This document shows positions 9,209-18,161 of a stretch of DNA of 64,000 nt, piece by piece. This DNA is from a bacterium (GTDB lineage Bacteria; Patescibacteriota; Minisyncoccia; UBA6257; JAGOQP01): positions 6,394 through 70,393 of the forward strand of contig JAKANP010000002.1 in NCBI GenBank assembly GCA_021812345.1, written 5' to 3'. Made by a program: the position numbers and the translations under genes. The notes under the pieces were generated by a model. That model did not search any database and was not told where the DNA came from. It was given only the letters and a program-made list of their open reading frames with translations. The stretch's first letter is position 1. Each line of letters starts with the position of its first letter.

Positions 9209-10222
9209 TTACCATTGAGCATGAATATGCGCTCCCGATTTTCTTTGATTGCCGTTAAAAACCGAACTGCAGTCATCATAAAATGTTCCGCTTATTTCAC
9301 ATTTTGCAAAAGAAGCCCCATTTTGAGTTAATGTCTTAACAAACGAATTCCAAACATTGGGATCATTGGAAGACGTAACAACAATGTCCATCGCTCTGCC
9401 TTGATAATGATATGAATTGGTAGCGTGTTTTCCTCCGGTTAAACTCGTAACCATAAATGGCGTGGGAGTGGGGCTTACACAGCCTGTAGATTGCGGAGCC
9501 AATCCAGTTCCAAGATCTACGGTCCCTTGAGAATAAGGACCGCAAACCAAGCTATCTAAAGTTTCCAGCATATTTATGCTCAAATTAACATTGCCGCTGG
9601 TTCCGCCCCTGGAACAGCTGCAGCTCGGGCTACAAACGAAAGGCATAACGCCATTACTAACATCATTAATAATTGACGAGGCATCGGTGCCGGCCGAACA
9701 ATCGGCGCTTTTTGAAAAAGCTACCTCTCCCGGACTTTTTGACAGAATACTTGAAGCTATTTGAGATAAGGTGCTTCTTTGTTCCTGGGTTCCCCCCGGT
9801 TCTCCCGCTCCGCCACTAGTTGGCATTGCGGGAACAGATTGAGATGTGAAGTTTAAACTCACCAGTTGAGGATTTATGGTATTTAAAACAAGATATGAAC
9901 CGGCTAGCAATAAAAGTCCCCAGATGGCATTGGTTACTCTATCTTTGGCGTCTCCTAAGGCAGATTCATTTCCTCCGCTGGCAAGATATTTTATACCGCC
10001 ATAAATAATCATAATAATCGCCAGAGTGCCGGAAATTCCTATGGCATAGTCGTAAAGTCCGGATATAAAAGATGGGATTGAAGAACTGGAATTTAAAAAT
10101 GCAGGATAATCAACATTCACGGCAGTATTAGCAGATTGTGCGGCAAATATCGGCAATGATGAAACAAATTTCAACCCGAAGACAATTCCAAATAAAATTA
10201 AACTGTTATATTTTTTTCTCAT
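9209..10222 (-). CDS. T4SS pilin-like (VirB2/TrbC-type) domain fused to a LAS-family (peptidase M15/VanY-like) cell-wall peptidase domain
   Basis: N-terminus has a signal peptide, a hydrophobic helix, IYGGIKYLASGGNESALGDAKDRVTNAIWGLLLLAGSYLV (the same motif as the six pilin paralogs at 34-36 kb), then a second helix. The C-terminus has SYHYQGRAMDIV (H-x6-D) and HIHAQW (H-x-H), the zinc ligands of LAS/M15 D,D-peptidases. A Cys-rich linker CSPSCSCS joins the two. Confidence 0.5.
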   Translation of the reverse strand: MRKKYNSLILFGIVFGLKFVSSLPIFAAQSANTAVNVDYPAFLNSSSSIPSFISGLYDYAIGISGTLAIIMIIYGGIKYLASGGNESALGDAKDRVTNAIWGLLLLAGSYLVLNTINPQLVSLNFTSQSVPAMPTSGGAGEPGGTQEQRSTLSQIASSILSKSPGEVAFSKSADCSAGTDASSIINDVSNGVMPFVCSPSCSCSRGGTSGNVNLSINMLETLDSLVCGPYSQGTVDLGTGLAPQSTGCVSPTPTPFMVTSLTGGKHATNSYHYQGRAMDIVVTSSNDPNVWNSFVKTLTQNGASFAKCEISGTFYDDCSSVFNGNQRKSGAHIHAQW

Positions 10223-10223
10223 A

Positions 10224-10949
10224 TTATTGAATAGTAAAACTTATAGAATTTTGAGCCGACTCTATCGGGTTTGTGGAATTTTGAGCGGTTAGTCCGACAT
10301 TTATAACTCCTGAATTAATATTTTTTCCGAAATTAATCGATAAGGAAAATGGATCGTTTGCAATCCCTCCGGATTTTTGACTCCCAACAGTCCATGTAGG
10401 AACTATATTATACAAAGAATCGGTATTGAAAAAGAATGGCGCCGACGATAAATCAACCGTTGAATTGGCGCTGACGATATTGCTAAAATTTTTATTAAAA
10501 ATAACTATCTCCGGCTTAACAATCGGTATCGTAATATAATTATCAACAAAAGACACGCTTCCATCAGACGGATTTTCAACCTCCGAAGAAACTCTGACAT
10601 TCAAACTATCCGACGCTGTCCACTTATTGATGGTGAAAGAAATTGATTTTAATCCTTCTCCTTGGGTGTAATATTGATTATTGACATACCACTTAACCAA
10701 GCGATTGGAAAGATCCAATACTTTTCCTAAGTTAGTTTTGTCCTGACCGATTAATTCAAAAGACATATTCACTCTAGACCCGCTACTTGGCAAAATTTTA
10801 CCTTGATACCAATAAGGAGCAAAGCTATTAGCGCTCCAAGAGGACATAAATTGAGGGTCGGCCGCAAAAACACTCGCAGGCGAAAAAATCCTGAAAAATG
10901 CCGACAAAAATATAAAAGCAATTAAGTATTTTGTTAAACGAATTGCCAT
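10224..10949 (-). CDS. Secreted hypothetical protein (signal peptide), T4SS-locus associated
   Basis: N-terminal signal peptide MAIRLTKYLIAFIFLSAFFRIFSPASVFA. Rich in beta-strand-type residues and abuts neighbours with 1-2 nt spacing. Confidence 0.4.
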   Translation of the reverse strand: MAIRLTKYLIAFIFLSAFFRIFSPASVFAADPQFMSSWSANSFAPYWYQGKILPSSGSRVNMSFELIGQDKTNLGKVLDLSNRLVKWYVNNQYYTQGEGLKSISFTINKWTASDSLNVRVSSEVENPSDGSVSFVDNYITIPIVKPEIVIFNKNFSNIVSANSTVDLSSAPFFFNTDSLYNIVPTWTVGSQKSGGIANDPFSLSINFGKNINSGVINVGLTAQNSTNPIESAQNSISFTIQ

Positions 10950-10998
10950 TTGTCCTATTATATCAAATAAAATTAAAAATATAAATGCTTGTAAAAAA

Positions 10999-11547
10999 TT
11001 ATTTTATTAATTTTTTTGAACTCATGGCTTTGCCTGCTATGCCAAATGTTTTATTGAAAGACTCGGGATTGTTCGTGCTCCAGATCGTCAAAATAGCGGC
11101 AACAGTAGTTATCGGCAACCAATCTATACCCGGTATAAGTTCTACCGCTTGAGCAATAATGTTTTTACCGACGCTATTAACTCCTTTTATAAAAAGCCAG
11201 GCGATGATAATCGGAGCAAAGACAAATCTCGTTACCCATATTCCATCAAGAATATCCGAAACGATAGAGATGCCCATGTAAAATATTATTTCAATCAGAT
11301 CAAATCTTGGGCCACTTGATGCAGATGAAGAAATTTGACTCTCTTCATTTTCATCCTCCTCTTCGTCCGACTCTTCTTCGTCATCCTCGTCTTCATCTTC
11401 TTCGTCTTCATCTAAGATTTCCCGATCATCATCCTGAGATTCTTGCTCTTCATCGTCCTCATCTTCATCATCTCGAGAATCGTCTTCTAATAAATCATCG
11501 GAAGAAGCATCTTCGTTATTATTTTTATTTTCTTTTTCTTCATCCAT
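10999..11547 (-). CDS. Membrane protein with extremely acidic (D/E-rich) N-terminal tail, hypothetical
   Basis: About 80 N-terminal residues are almost entirely D/E, followed by 3-4 predicted TM helices. It sits immediately downstream of the VirB4 gene. Confidence 0.4.
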   Translation of the reverse strand: MDEEKENKNNNEDASSDDLLEDDSRDDEDEDDEEQESQDDDREILDEDEEDEDEDDEEESDEEEDENEESQISSSASSGPRFDLIEIIFYMGISIVSDILDGIWVTRFVFAPIIIAWLFIKGVNSVGKNIIAQAVELIPGIDWLPITTVAAILTIWSTNNPESFNKTFGIAGKAMSSKKLIK

Positions 11548-11562
11548 TTTTATAAAGAATCA

Positions 11563-13320
11563 TTAAACCAGACTTTCTTCTTCTCCCAAAAGTTGCTGGG
11601 GTTTAGTAGTAACAATTTTATCTTCAAAATAAGAGGCAACAACTTGAATGGCAACGTGTTTTAACCCCGCGAAAAACAACCCCTGGCCGACACCGGCTTC
11701 AAGCAGTAAATTTTTCTCGGCTTCGGTCAAATTAAACGCTTTAGCAATATTATCTATACTGGTTGGAGATTGTTTTAATAAAAGCTGTAAAGACGAGTTG
11801 GTGACTATCGGTTTTCCATACGGCGAATTCAAAAAGTCATCCACTTCTTGAGTTATAGTTGTAATTCCTAAATAATATTTTCTTCCTCTTTTTGCCAAAG
11901 AAAACAAGAACGAAGCTCCTTCGGGATATTTCATAATCACCCACGCCTCATCAATGACCAAAATTCTTCTTTCCATTTGAGATTTAACGACATTCCAAAT
12001 GAAATTTAAAACAACATACATAGCCACAGGTCTTAATTCTTCCTCTAAATCTCTCATTGAAAAGACAACTAGGCGGTTATTGATATCTATATTGGTTTTT
12101 TGATTAATAAATCCGGCATAGGTCCCTTGAGTATATTTATAAAGACGCTCGGCCATACCTCTTCCTCCTTCCATATTTCTCAAAACTGTTTCAAGGTCGG
12201 ACAATGTCGGTGGCTCAAGATTCAAAAAATTAGGATTACTCGGAACAATATCTCTTGAAGCATAGGTCTCGGTTAGGGCTCTATCCAAAATACCTTCCTC
12301 TTCAACGGTCATATCTCCAAGCATTATTTTTAATAATCCGGTAAGCGTTAAAATGTTTGATTTAAAAACATCGGCCGGGTCTTCTCCTTTGGGAACAATG
12401 GGAATATCAAAAGGATTAACGTGCTGGTCGGAAGTGAGTGAAATTTTAAAATATGTTCCACCGACGGTATCACAAAGATTTTTATATTCATTTTCGGGGT
12501 CAATAACCATCACTTTTGTGCCCATCATCATGGATCTTAGAATTTCAAGCTTGGTGGCGTAAGATTTTCCGGAACCTGATTTTGCAAAAACCACTTGGTG
12601 AGCGTTTTCCAAAGAAAATCTGTCAAAAATTATCAAAGAATTGTTATGCAAATTAATACCGTATAAAATTCCATCCTCGGACGTAAGATCCATGGAAACA
12701 AACGGGAAAAAAGAAGAAATCGGTCCGGAATTCATCGGCGTTCGCACTGCTAATTTATCCTCCCCAATAGGTAGAACCGACTCAAATCCTTCAATTTGTT
12801 GGAAGATGGCCGGTTTTATATAAATAATTTTACTCTCAAAAAGATTGGTGATGACTTCTTCAAGCTCATTTAATTTTTCCAAAGTGTCTCCATAAATGGT
12901 TATATAAACAGCGGAATCAAACAGACGCTCTTGCGCTTGCTGAAGCTTGTCTCGCAAAGCTTCAATATCGGAAAAGGCGGTTTCCAGCATCGGGTCACGG
13001 ACAAAACCTTTCGATTCTTTTTCGGATATTTCGGCTTCGATTTGAGCCGCTTTTTTTCTTAAATTTCTTAGAGCCAAGGCGGTGTCTATCGGATGAGCAA
13101 AAATGGAAATATCAAAAAGTTTTGCCAGATTAATTATCGGAGAAAACCATCCGCTAGAAAGGAATCTTGGGTAAGAAAAAACAAACAACGTCTTGGCAAA
13201 TTTATCGCCTATTTTTATATAATTTTGGTCAACCTCCAAAGCCGCCGGAGAAATTAAATTTTTGACTTCGGATTCTTCCTGCCCCGTGTATGGTTTTATA
13301 ACTTTTATTTCTTCACTCAT
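11563..13320 (-). CDS. virB4: VirB4/TrbE/CagE-family type IV secretion ATPase
   Basis: Walker A FAKSGSGKSYATK and Walker B RILVIDEAWVIM, with conserved VirB4 C-terminal blocks. Start set at MSEEIKVIKP (ATG at 13318-13320), which avoids overlap with the upstream ORF. Confidence 0.8.
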   Translation of the reverse strand: MSEEIKVIKPYTGQEESEVKNLISPAALEVDQNYIKIGDKFAKTLFVFSYPRFLSSGWFSPIINLAKLFDISIFAHPIDTALALRNLRKKAAQIEAEISEKESKGFVRDPMLETAFSDIEALRDKLQQAQERLFDSAVYITIYGDTLEKLNELEEVITNLFESKIIYIKPAIFQQIEGFESVLPIGEDKLAVRTPMNSGPISSFFPFVSMDLTSEDGILYGINLHNNSLIIFDRFSLENAHQVVFAKSGSGKSYATKLEILRSMMMGTKVMVIDPENEYKNLCDTVGGTYFKISLTSDQHVNPFDIPIVPKGEDPADVFKSNILTLTGLLKIMLGDMTVEEEGILDRALTETYASRDIVPSNPNFLNLEPPTLSDLETVLRNMEGGRGMAERLYKYTQGTYAGFINQKTNIDINNRLVVFSMRDLEEELRPVAMYVVLNFIWNVVKSQMERRILVIDEAWVIMKYPEGASFLFSLAKRGRKYYLGITTITQEVDDFLNSPYGKPIVTNSSLQLLLKQSPTSIDNIAKAFNLTEAEKNLLLEAGVGQGLFFAGLKHVAIQVVASYFEDKIVTTKPQQLLGEEESLV

Positions 13321-13333
13321 ATATATATTAAAA

Positions 13334-14020
13334 TTAATTTGCCGGCTGACTTTCTGTCCCGGGCTCTTTGGCCAGCTGTTGTTTGATAGAAGAGGGATTG
13401 TATAAATTATAATAAAGTTCGGTAAGTTCCTGGTCATTTAAAACAACCGCTCTTAAACCGATTCTTTCTATTCCCGATGCGACCTGATCTATCCTCTGCC
13501 TTAATTGAATCAATTGCTGTTCGTATGATTCCTGCTTGTCTTTTTTGCTGTTTTTGGGTTTTCCAAATAATCCGGTAATACTGCTTGTTATTTTTTTGGC
13601 GCCGGCGCTTTCATAAGGAACGACAACAAAAAAAGTTTTGGTCATTATCTCGTTTTCCTTAACAAACCCTTTGATGTATTCAATGTATTCGTCTATTTGA
13701 TTTCTTAGCAACTCGCTCTCTTCCTGCTGTCTTCTTTGGGCCATTTTAGCAAGATAATTGTCTATATTTATTTTTCTGGAATGAATAACTATCTGCACCG
13801 AAAAATCAACGGAATTTAAAAATTCCTGATAATTGGCGGTAATAATGTTTTGCTCCTCTTCGGATTTCAATTCAAAATTTATCCCCGAAACCATAATCAC
13901 CGACCTTAGAGCTCCGCTTTTTAATTTAACAACGCCGTCTTTTATCTCTTCTATATCAACAAATTGCTGAGTTGAATTGGGAGCGATTTGAGTGGTTGTT
14001 TTTTGTTTTTCTTCGGCCAT
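13334..14020 (-). CDS. VirB4 N-terminal-domain-like protein encoded as a separate ORF (possible split VirB4)
   Basis: The sequence ...VKLKSGALRSVIMVSGINFELKSEEEQNIITANYQEFLNSVDFSVQIVIHSRK... resembles the N-terminal substrate/membrane-proximal region that precedes the ATPase domain in full-length VirB4/TraC-type proteins. It ends 13 nt before the ATPase gene, and the ATPase ORF at 586 aa is short for a VirB4. Confidence 0.45.
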   Translation of the reverse strand: MAEEKQKTTTQIAPNSTQQFVDIEEIKDGVVKLKSGALRSVIMVSGINFELKSEEEQNIITANYQEFLNSVDFSVQIVIHSRKINIDNYLAKMAQRRQQEESELLRNQIDEYIEYIKGFVKENEIMTKTFFVVVPYESAGAKKITSSITGLFGKPKNSKKDKQESYEQQLIQLRQRIDQVASGIERIGLRAVVLNDQELTELYYNLYNPSSIKQQLAKEPGTESQPAN

Positions 14021-14068
14021 ATTTTAAATTATACCAAAAATTAAAATTAAAAGATAAAATTCATCAAT

Positions 14069-14605
14069 CTAACGATAATCGATTCTTCGCGCCACTTCTT
14101 TTTCTCCACTCATTCTTCTAAATACCTGATACTGTTCCTTGATTTCCGAGATTGGCTTTTTGGGAACCACCTTTTCTCTTTTGGGAATCGGATTTTTTGT
14201 CGTTGTCATGTCTTGCCACAATTTTGAAATTTGAGAAATTCCGGAAGATGCCAAGTCCAAAGCGCTTCTTTTGGATTCCACCGTTTGTGATTTAACTTGA
14301 GGAATTTCAAAAGTTTCTTTTATTACCGGCCTTTTCCACAAGAACATTTTAGGTTGCCAAAAAAACTTGGCCGCTAAAAACGCAAGCATATAAAGAGGGC
14401 GCCCATTGATTTTGATGAAAGCAAAAGAAATACCGAAAGACATCAAAACTATAAAAATAAGCACCCAAATTGCCGTATTTAAAATAAAAAACAGAAAAAA
14501 AGAAACCAAAGCCGGGGCCGCGATAAAACCAAATTGCTTCAGCGTAAGCGGACCGACTATTTTCGATTCAATATCAATAAATTGCGGAACTTCAAATTGC
14601 GCCAT
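14069..14605 (-). CDS. PrgI/VirB3-like small membrane protein
   Basis: MAQFEVPQFIDIESKIVGPLTLKQFGFIAAPALV followed by two TM helices, the PrgI-family layout. It sits directly upstream of the VirB4 genes, as VirB3/PrgI does in T4SS operons. Confidence 0.5.
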   Translation of the reverse strand: MAQFEVPQFIDIESKIVGPLTLKQFGFIAAPALVSFFLFFILNTAIWVLIFIVLMSFGISFAFIKINGRPLYMLAFLAAKFFWQPKMFLWKRPVIKETFEIPQVKSQTVESKRSALDLASSGISQISKLWQDMTTTKNPIPKREKVVPKKPISEIKEQYQVFRRMSGEKEVARRIDYR

Positions 14606-14675
14606 ATTTTAAATTATACCAAAAAATAACGGGTAAAAGCCAATTTATGCCTTAAAATAACTGGATAAAATAATC

Positions 14676-15926
14676 TTATTTTTTGATGGTCAAATTACCC
14701 AAATCAATCATTCCGCCTCCATTGTTATTGATTTTATCTTCCGGCTTGTTTCCCAAAGGAAATTTGTTCGTCTGAGGATTTAAAGGCGCATTCGAAACTG
14801 GCGTTTTAGAATTTTCAAAAGCATTGTTTAAATTATTTGTTTTTATCTGATTATCTAAAGTCGTTTTGAAATTGCTGAAATGAACCGTTTTAACCGGCTC
14901 TTCCTCATATTTTTTTACCACAACCGGGACCTTTTGAACCGGTTGATTGGATATCGGTTTTATCTGCGATGGCATTTCTATTTTTGCCGATGAAACAAAA
15001 TTTTGAGGCTTTGCGGTCCCAAATGATTTCATATCGGAACCAAAGAATCCTCCAAAAGAAGACGGCGCAAAATTTTTAATTGTTTGCGACTGAGCAATGC
15101 TTTGAGATTCCTCTTTCTTGTGAAGAATCACCGGACCCTCGGGGAAAGATTGCTTAGGAGTTGCCTGAGGGGATTGATTGGGCGTCTGATTTAAGGAATT
15201 AGCCGGTTGATTGGTCATATTAATTGGCTGACTAGCGGGTTGCTGGTTGATTTTATTCTCCTGATTAATAATTGGTTTTGCAAAAGTTGGAGGCACATTC
15301 GGATTGAAGCCAACTTGTTTTTGGGTGACCGGATTGACGGAAGAATTTGGATTATTAACACTTGACGGCGACAAAAAGTTTTTTGACGCTTGAGCGCTTG
15401 AATTGATTTGAATATTTTCCAAAGAAACAGGCTCCGGTTCTTTGGGTTTGGATGGAGTTCCTTCAATTTTTAATTTAATCGGCTGAGACGATGAAGGTTG
15501 GTTTTTTAAATCAACTATTTCCGGATTTTTTTCTTTGAGCACTACTTGTGGAGAGACTTGACCCGGCTCTATAATTTCGGATTCTTTAACAGTCCCAAGT
15601 TTTGATTTTACATAATTTTCTTCTATGTCTTTTTTAAAAGGAGATAATATTTTGTTGTCAACTTCATGATATATTTCCAAAGCCAAACGCGGATCTACTT
15701 GAAGATCATCTCTTATTTCTTTGTATAAATCTTCGGTGTGAATAAGGCCGTAAAAAACTCCTCTAATTAATCTGCCTAAACTTGAAATTTTATTGTCGCT
15801 CAAATTATATTTTTTCTGTATAGAATCTATTTCGTTAAAAACTGTTTGAGAATGAGAAACATCCCGCAAAATATCGGGCATATTATTCCATCTATCCAGT
15901 ATTTGTTCTCTTGTTGGTGCGTACAT
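14676..15926 (-). CDS. Hypothetical protein, globular N-domain and P/Q/N/S-rich low-complexity C-terminal half
   Basis: About 140 aa structured N-terminus, then a long proline/glutamine/asparagine-rich segment. Lies between the VirB6-like and PrgI-like genes. Confidence 0.35.
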   Translation of the reverse strand: MYAPTREQILDRWNNMPDILRDVSHSQTVFNEIDSIQKKYNLSDNKISSLGRLIRGVFYGLIHTEDLYKEIRDDLQVDPRLALEIYHEVDNKILSPFKKDIEENYVKSKLGTVKESEIIEPGQVSPQVVLKEKNPEIVDLKNQPSSSQPIKLKIEGTPSKPKEPEPVSLENIQINSSAQASKNFLSPSSVNNPNSSVNPVTQKQVGFNPNVPPTFAKPIINQENKINQQPASQPINMTNQPANSLNQTPNQSPQATPKQSFPEGPVILHKKEESQSIAQSQTIKNFAPSSFGGFFGSDMKSFGTAKPQNFVSSAKIEMPSQIKPISNQPVQKVPVVVKKYEEEPVKTVHFSNFKTTLDNQIKTNNLNNAFENSKTPVSNAPLNPQTNKFPLGNKPEDKINNNGGGMIDLGNLTIKK

Positions 15927-15946
15927 AAAACAATCAAATTAATCTA

Positions 15947-18151
15947 TTATTTTTTTGAACCTCCGGCAGGTGGTGCTGATGGAGCACTACTAGATGAGCT
16001 TTCTCTATATGCATTTCCCGCAGCCATATCCCCCAAAACGCTTTTTTCCACTCTATTTCCTAAACGTTGTCCTACTAAACCAAATTCTCTGAGTTGATCC
16101 TGGAATCCTTTGAGTTCAGTAGAATTTAATTTATCCACCCCACTATCATACGCTTTCTTTAACGATCCGGTTAGTTCAGCCTCCTTTGTCACGGCTTTTA
16201 TTAAAGTCTTCATTAAATATGTTTGCTGATCCGGTTTTACCCCTCTAAGCGCCCCGTAAAATCCATTACCCGATGTTTCGTTGTTTATATAATTGGCGTG
16301 AGCAAGACGGTCATGTTTTTCTGATTCCGAAAGGCTTTTTTCATCAACACCGAACATATTTTGGCTGATAATTCTCTGATTGTCAGAACTATTATATTTA
16401 TTATCAAAGGCGGTCCTAGCATCACTCAACCCTTTTTCGGCACTACTAAAAGGCTCCAATTCCTTTTTATAGTCATCGTCAGAAATTTCTCCTTTCAAAG
16501 CCCTTAATTCCAATTCAGTCCTTTTTTTAATACCATCAGAAGTGTAAATAGAGTCATATTTTTTACGAGCTTCTAAAGTTGATCTATTGTCGCTAGCCGC
16601 AACATAAACTTGATCGGCAGCTTTTTTATTTCCTTCTCTTTCCAATTTTTCTCCGAAAGATACCAAGGACTCTCTCCCGTCTTTATCATTTCCATACCCC
16701 AAACTTTTTATAACACTCGGATCAATTCTGCCTTTTTCAGCAAGAGACTGCATCAATCCCTCTTTATCTTGACCACTGACTGATGACGCTAATTTCTTGA
16801 CATCTTCCGGATTTAGAGCGGCATACATTCTTCTGCGTTCTTCTCTGTACTCCGTCTCTTTTTTGCGAACAGATGTTTCACCTCGAGTTAGCCCCCTTGC
16901 AACTGCGCCAGCCCCAAGAAATCTTCCGACCCTAGTATTGGCGGCCCACTGAGCTCCTTTTTTTACCGGAGTTATCATTGGTCTGCCGACTCTTGCCGCA
17001 CCTCTTGTAGTTTTATTTTTAGCCCATCCTTGAGCCTTACTGGTAGCTTTGTTCGCTTGTTTTAATATAAAACTGCTTCCGGCCATTCCTAAACTTTGAG
17101 AAATTTTAAGACCTCCTATAAGTATCGCTCCGGACATTAAAGTAAGCATTATAGCATCAAATCCGTGGACCCCTCCCGTCTGATCAGGAGAGCCACTTAG
17201 GCCCGTAAAACCAAGGGACGATGAATTGCTCATCATTATCATTGATAATTTTACAAAAAGAAGCATTAGCGGAGCGAAAAATACCCATTTTAAAAAATGA
17301 GTCCACCAATCACGCCAAAATCTGTAAGCAGAAGGAAATATCCACAAAAGCCACGCGCCAGGAGCCAAAATAAGCAAAAACGATATATAAAAATATCTCA
17401 ATAAAAACATAATTGCCATAACCAACAAAACAAAAGAGACGAAAACCGCAACCAATATTTGAATAAAAAGATTTATTACATCTCCTATGTTTTGTATATC
17501 GCCCTGTAAATCTTTTGAAGCCACGTTCATCACGGTAGAATTTGACGTTAATACACTACTTACCTTACTGTTTTCAAGAATCATCATGCTGACCTTGTCG
17601 CTTACTTGCGCGGGGTCGTTTCTATTTGCTATGTTTTGGTTTAATGTGATATCTTGCAAAAAAGAATTTGAAAAAACGTCCGAAACTTTAATAATCGCTC
17701 CACCGATCATCAAACTAAAATTTACAATCAAAGCGGCGACCACCAATTTCCATAAGATTGATTGCGCTTGATAACTTTTTATTCTCAAAATAGTAGCGAT
17801 AGCAATAATGATTATCCCCAGAACAAATCCTAAATTAGCCAAATCCCTAAAAGTAGTCCAGCCTTTATATACAAAACTGTTTTGGTCAAAAATCTGGGTA
17901 GTAATTTTTTGAGTTAAAGTCAAAGAAGCGGCGGTTAAAGTGGCAGCGAGCTTCATTATCCCCGCCACTAGAATGTCTTTTATCGTAAGCATTACTTTCT
18001 GAAAAATATCGGAAATGGCGCTTCCAGCAACACTACCTAGACCAAAGATGGCAGCGTTGGCTTCTTTATAAGAAAAAGAAAACATCAAAAACAACATCAG
18101 GCAAAAAATGATGATCTTGTTGTATTTTTTGAATATTTTATTTCTTTCCAT
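15947..18151 (-). CDS. VirB6/TrbL-like polytopic inner-membrane protein with long hydrophilic C-terminal extension
   Basis: Signal peptide, then at least 6 TM helices over about 350 aa, then a roughly 370-aa charged cytoplasmic tail. This size and topology is typical of TrbL/VirB6 in T4SS loci. Confidence 0.5.
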   Translation of the reverse strand: MERNKIFKKYNKIIIFCLMLFLMFSFSYKEANAAIFGLGSVAGSAISDIFQKVMLTIKDILVAGIMKLAATLTAASLTLTQKITTQIFDQNSFVYKGWTTFRDLANLGFVLGIIIIAIATILRIKSYQAQSILWKLVVAALIVNFSLMIGGAIIKVSDVFSNSFLQDITLNQNIANRNDPAQVSDKVSMMILENSKVSSVLTSNSTVMNVASKDLQGDIQNIGDVINLFIQILVAVFVSFVLLVMAIMFLLRYFYISFLLILAPGAWLLWIFPSAYRFWRDWWTHFLKWVFFAPLMLLFVKLSMIMMSNSSSLGFTGLSGSPDQTGGVHGFDAIMLTLMSGAILIGGLKISQSLGMAGSSFILKQANKATSKAQGWAKNKTTRGAARVGRPMITPVKKGAQWAANTRVGRFLGAGAVARGLTRGETSVRKKETEYREERRRMYAALNPEDVKKLASSVSGQDKEGLMQSLAEKGRIDPSVIKSLGYGNDKDGRESLVSFGEKLEREGNKKAADQVYVAASDNRSTLEARKKYDSIYTSDGIKKRTELELRALKGEISDDDYKKELEPFSSAEKGLSDARTAFDNKYNSSDNQRIISQNMFGVDEKSLSESEKHDRLAHANYINNETSGNGFYGALRGVKPDQQTYLMKTLIKAVTKEAELTGSLKKAYDSGVDKLNSTELKGFQDQLREFGLVGQRLGNRVEKSVLGDMAAGNAYRESSSSSAPSAPPAGGSKK

Positions 18152-18161
18152 ATAATTTTAT

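Noticed and set aside
11307-11555. 82-aa ORF on plus strand (HLH/PR-rich)
   Set aside because: It is the antisense reading of the GAA/GAC-rich acidic-tail coding region of gene 10999-11547, a low-complexity artefact.
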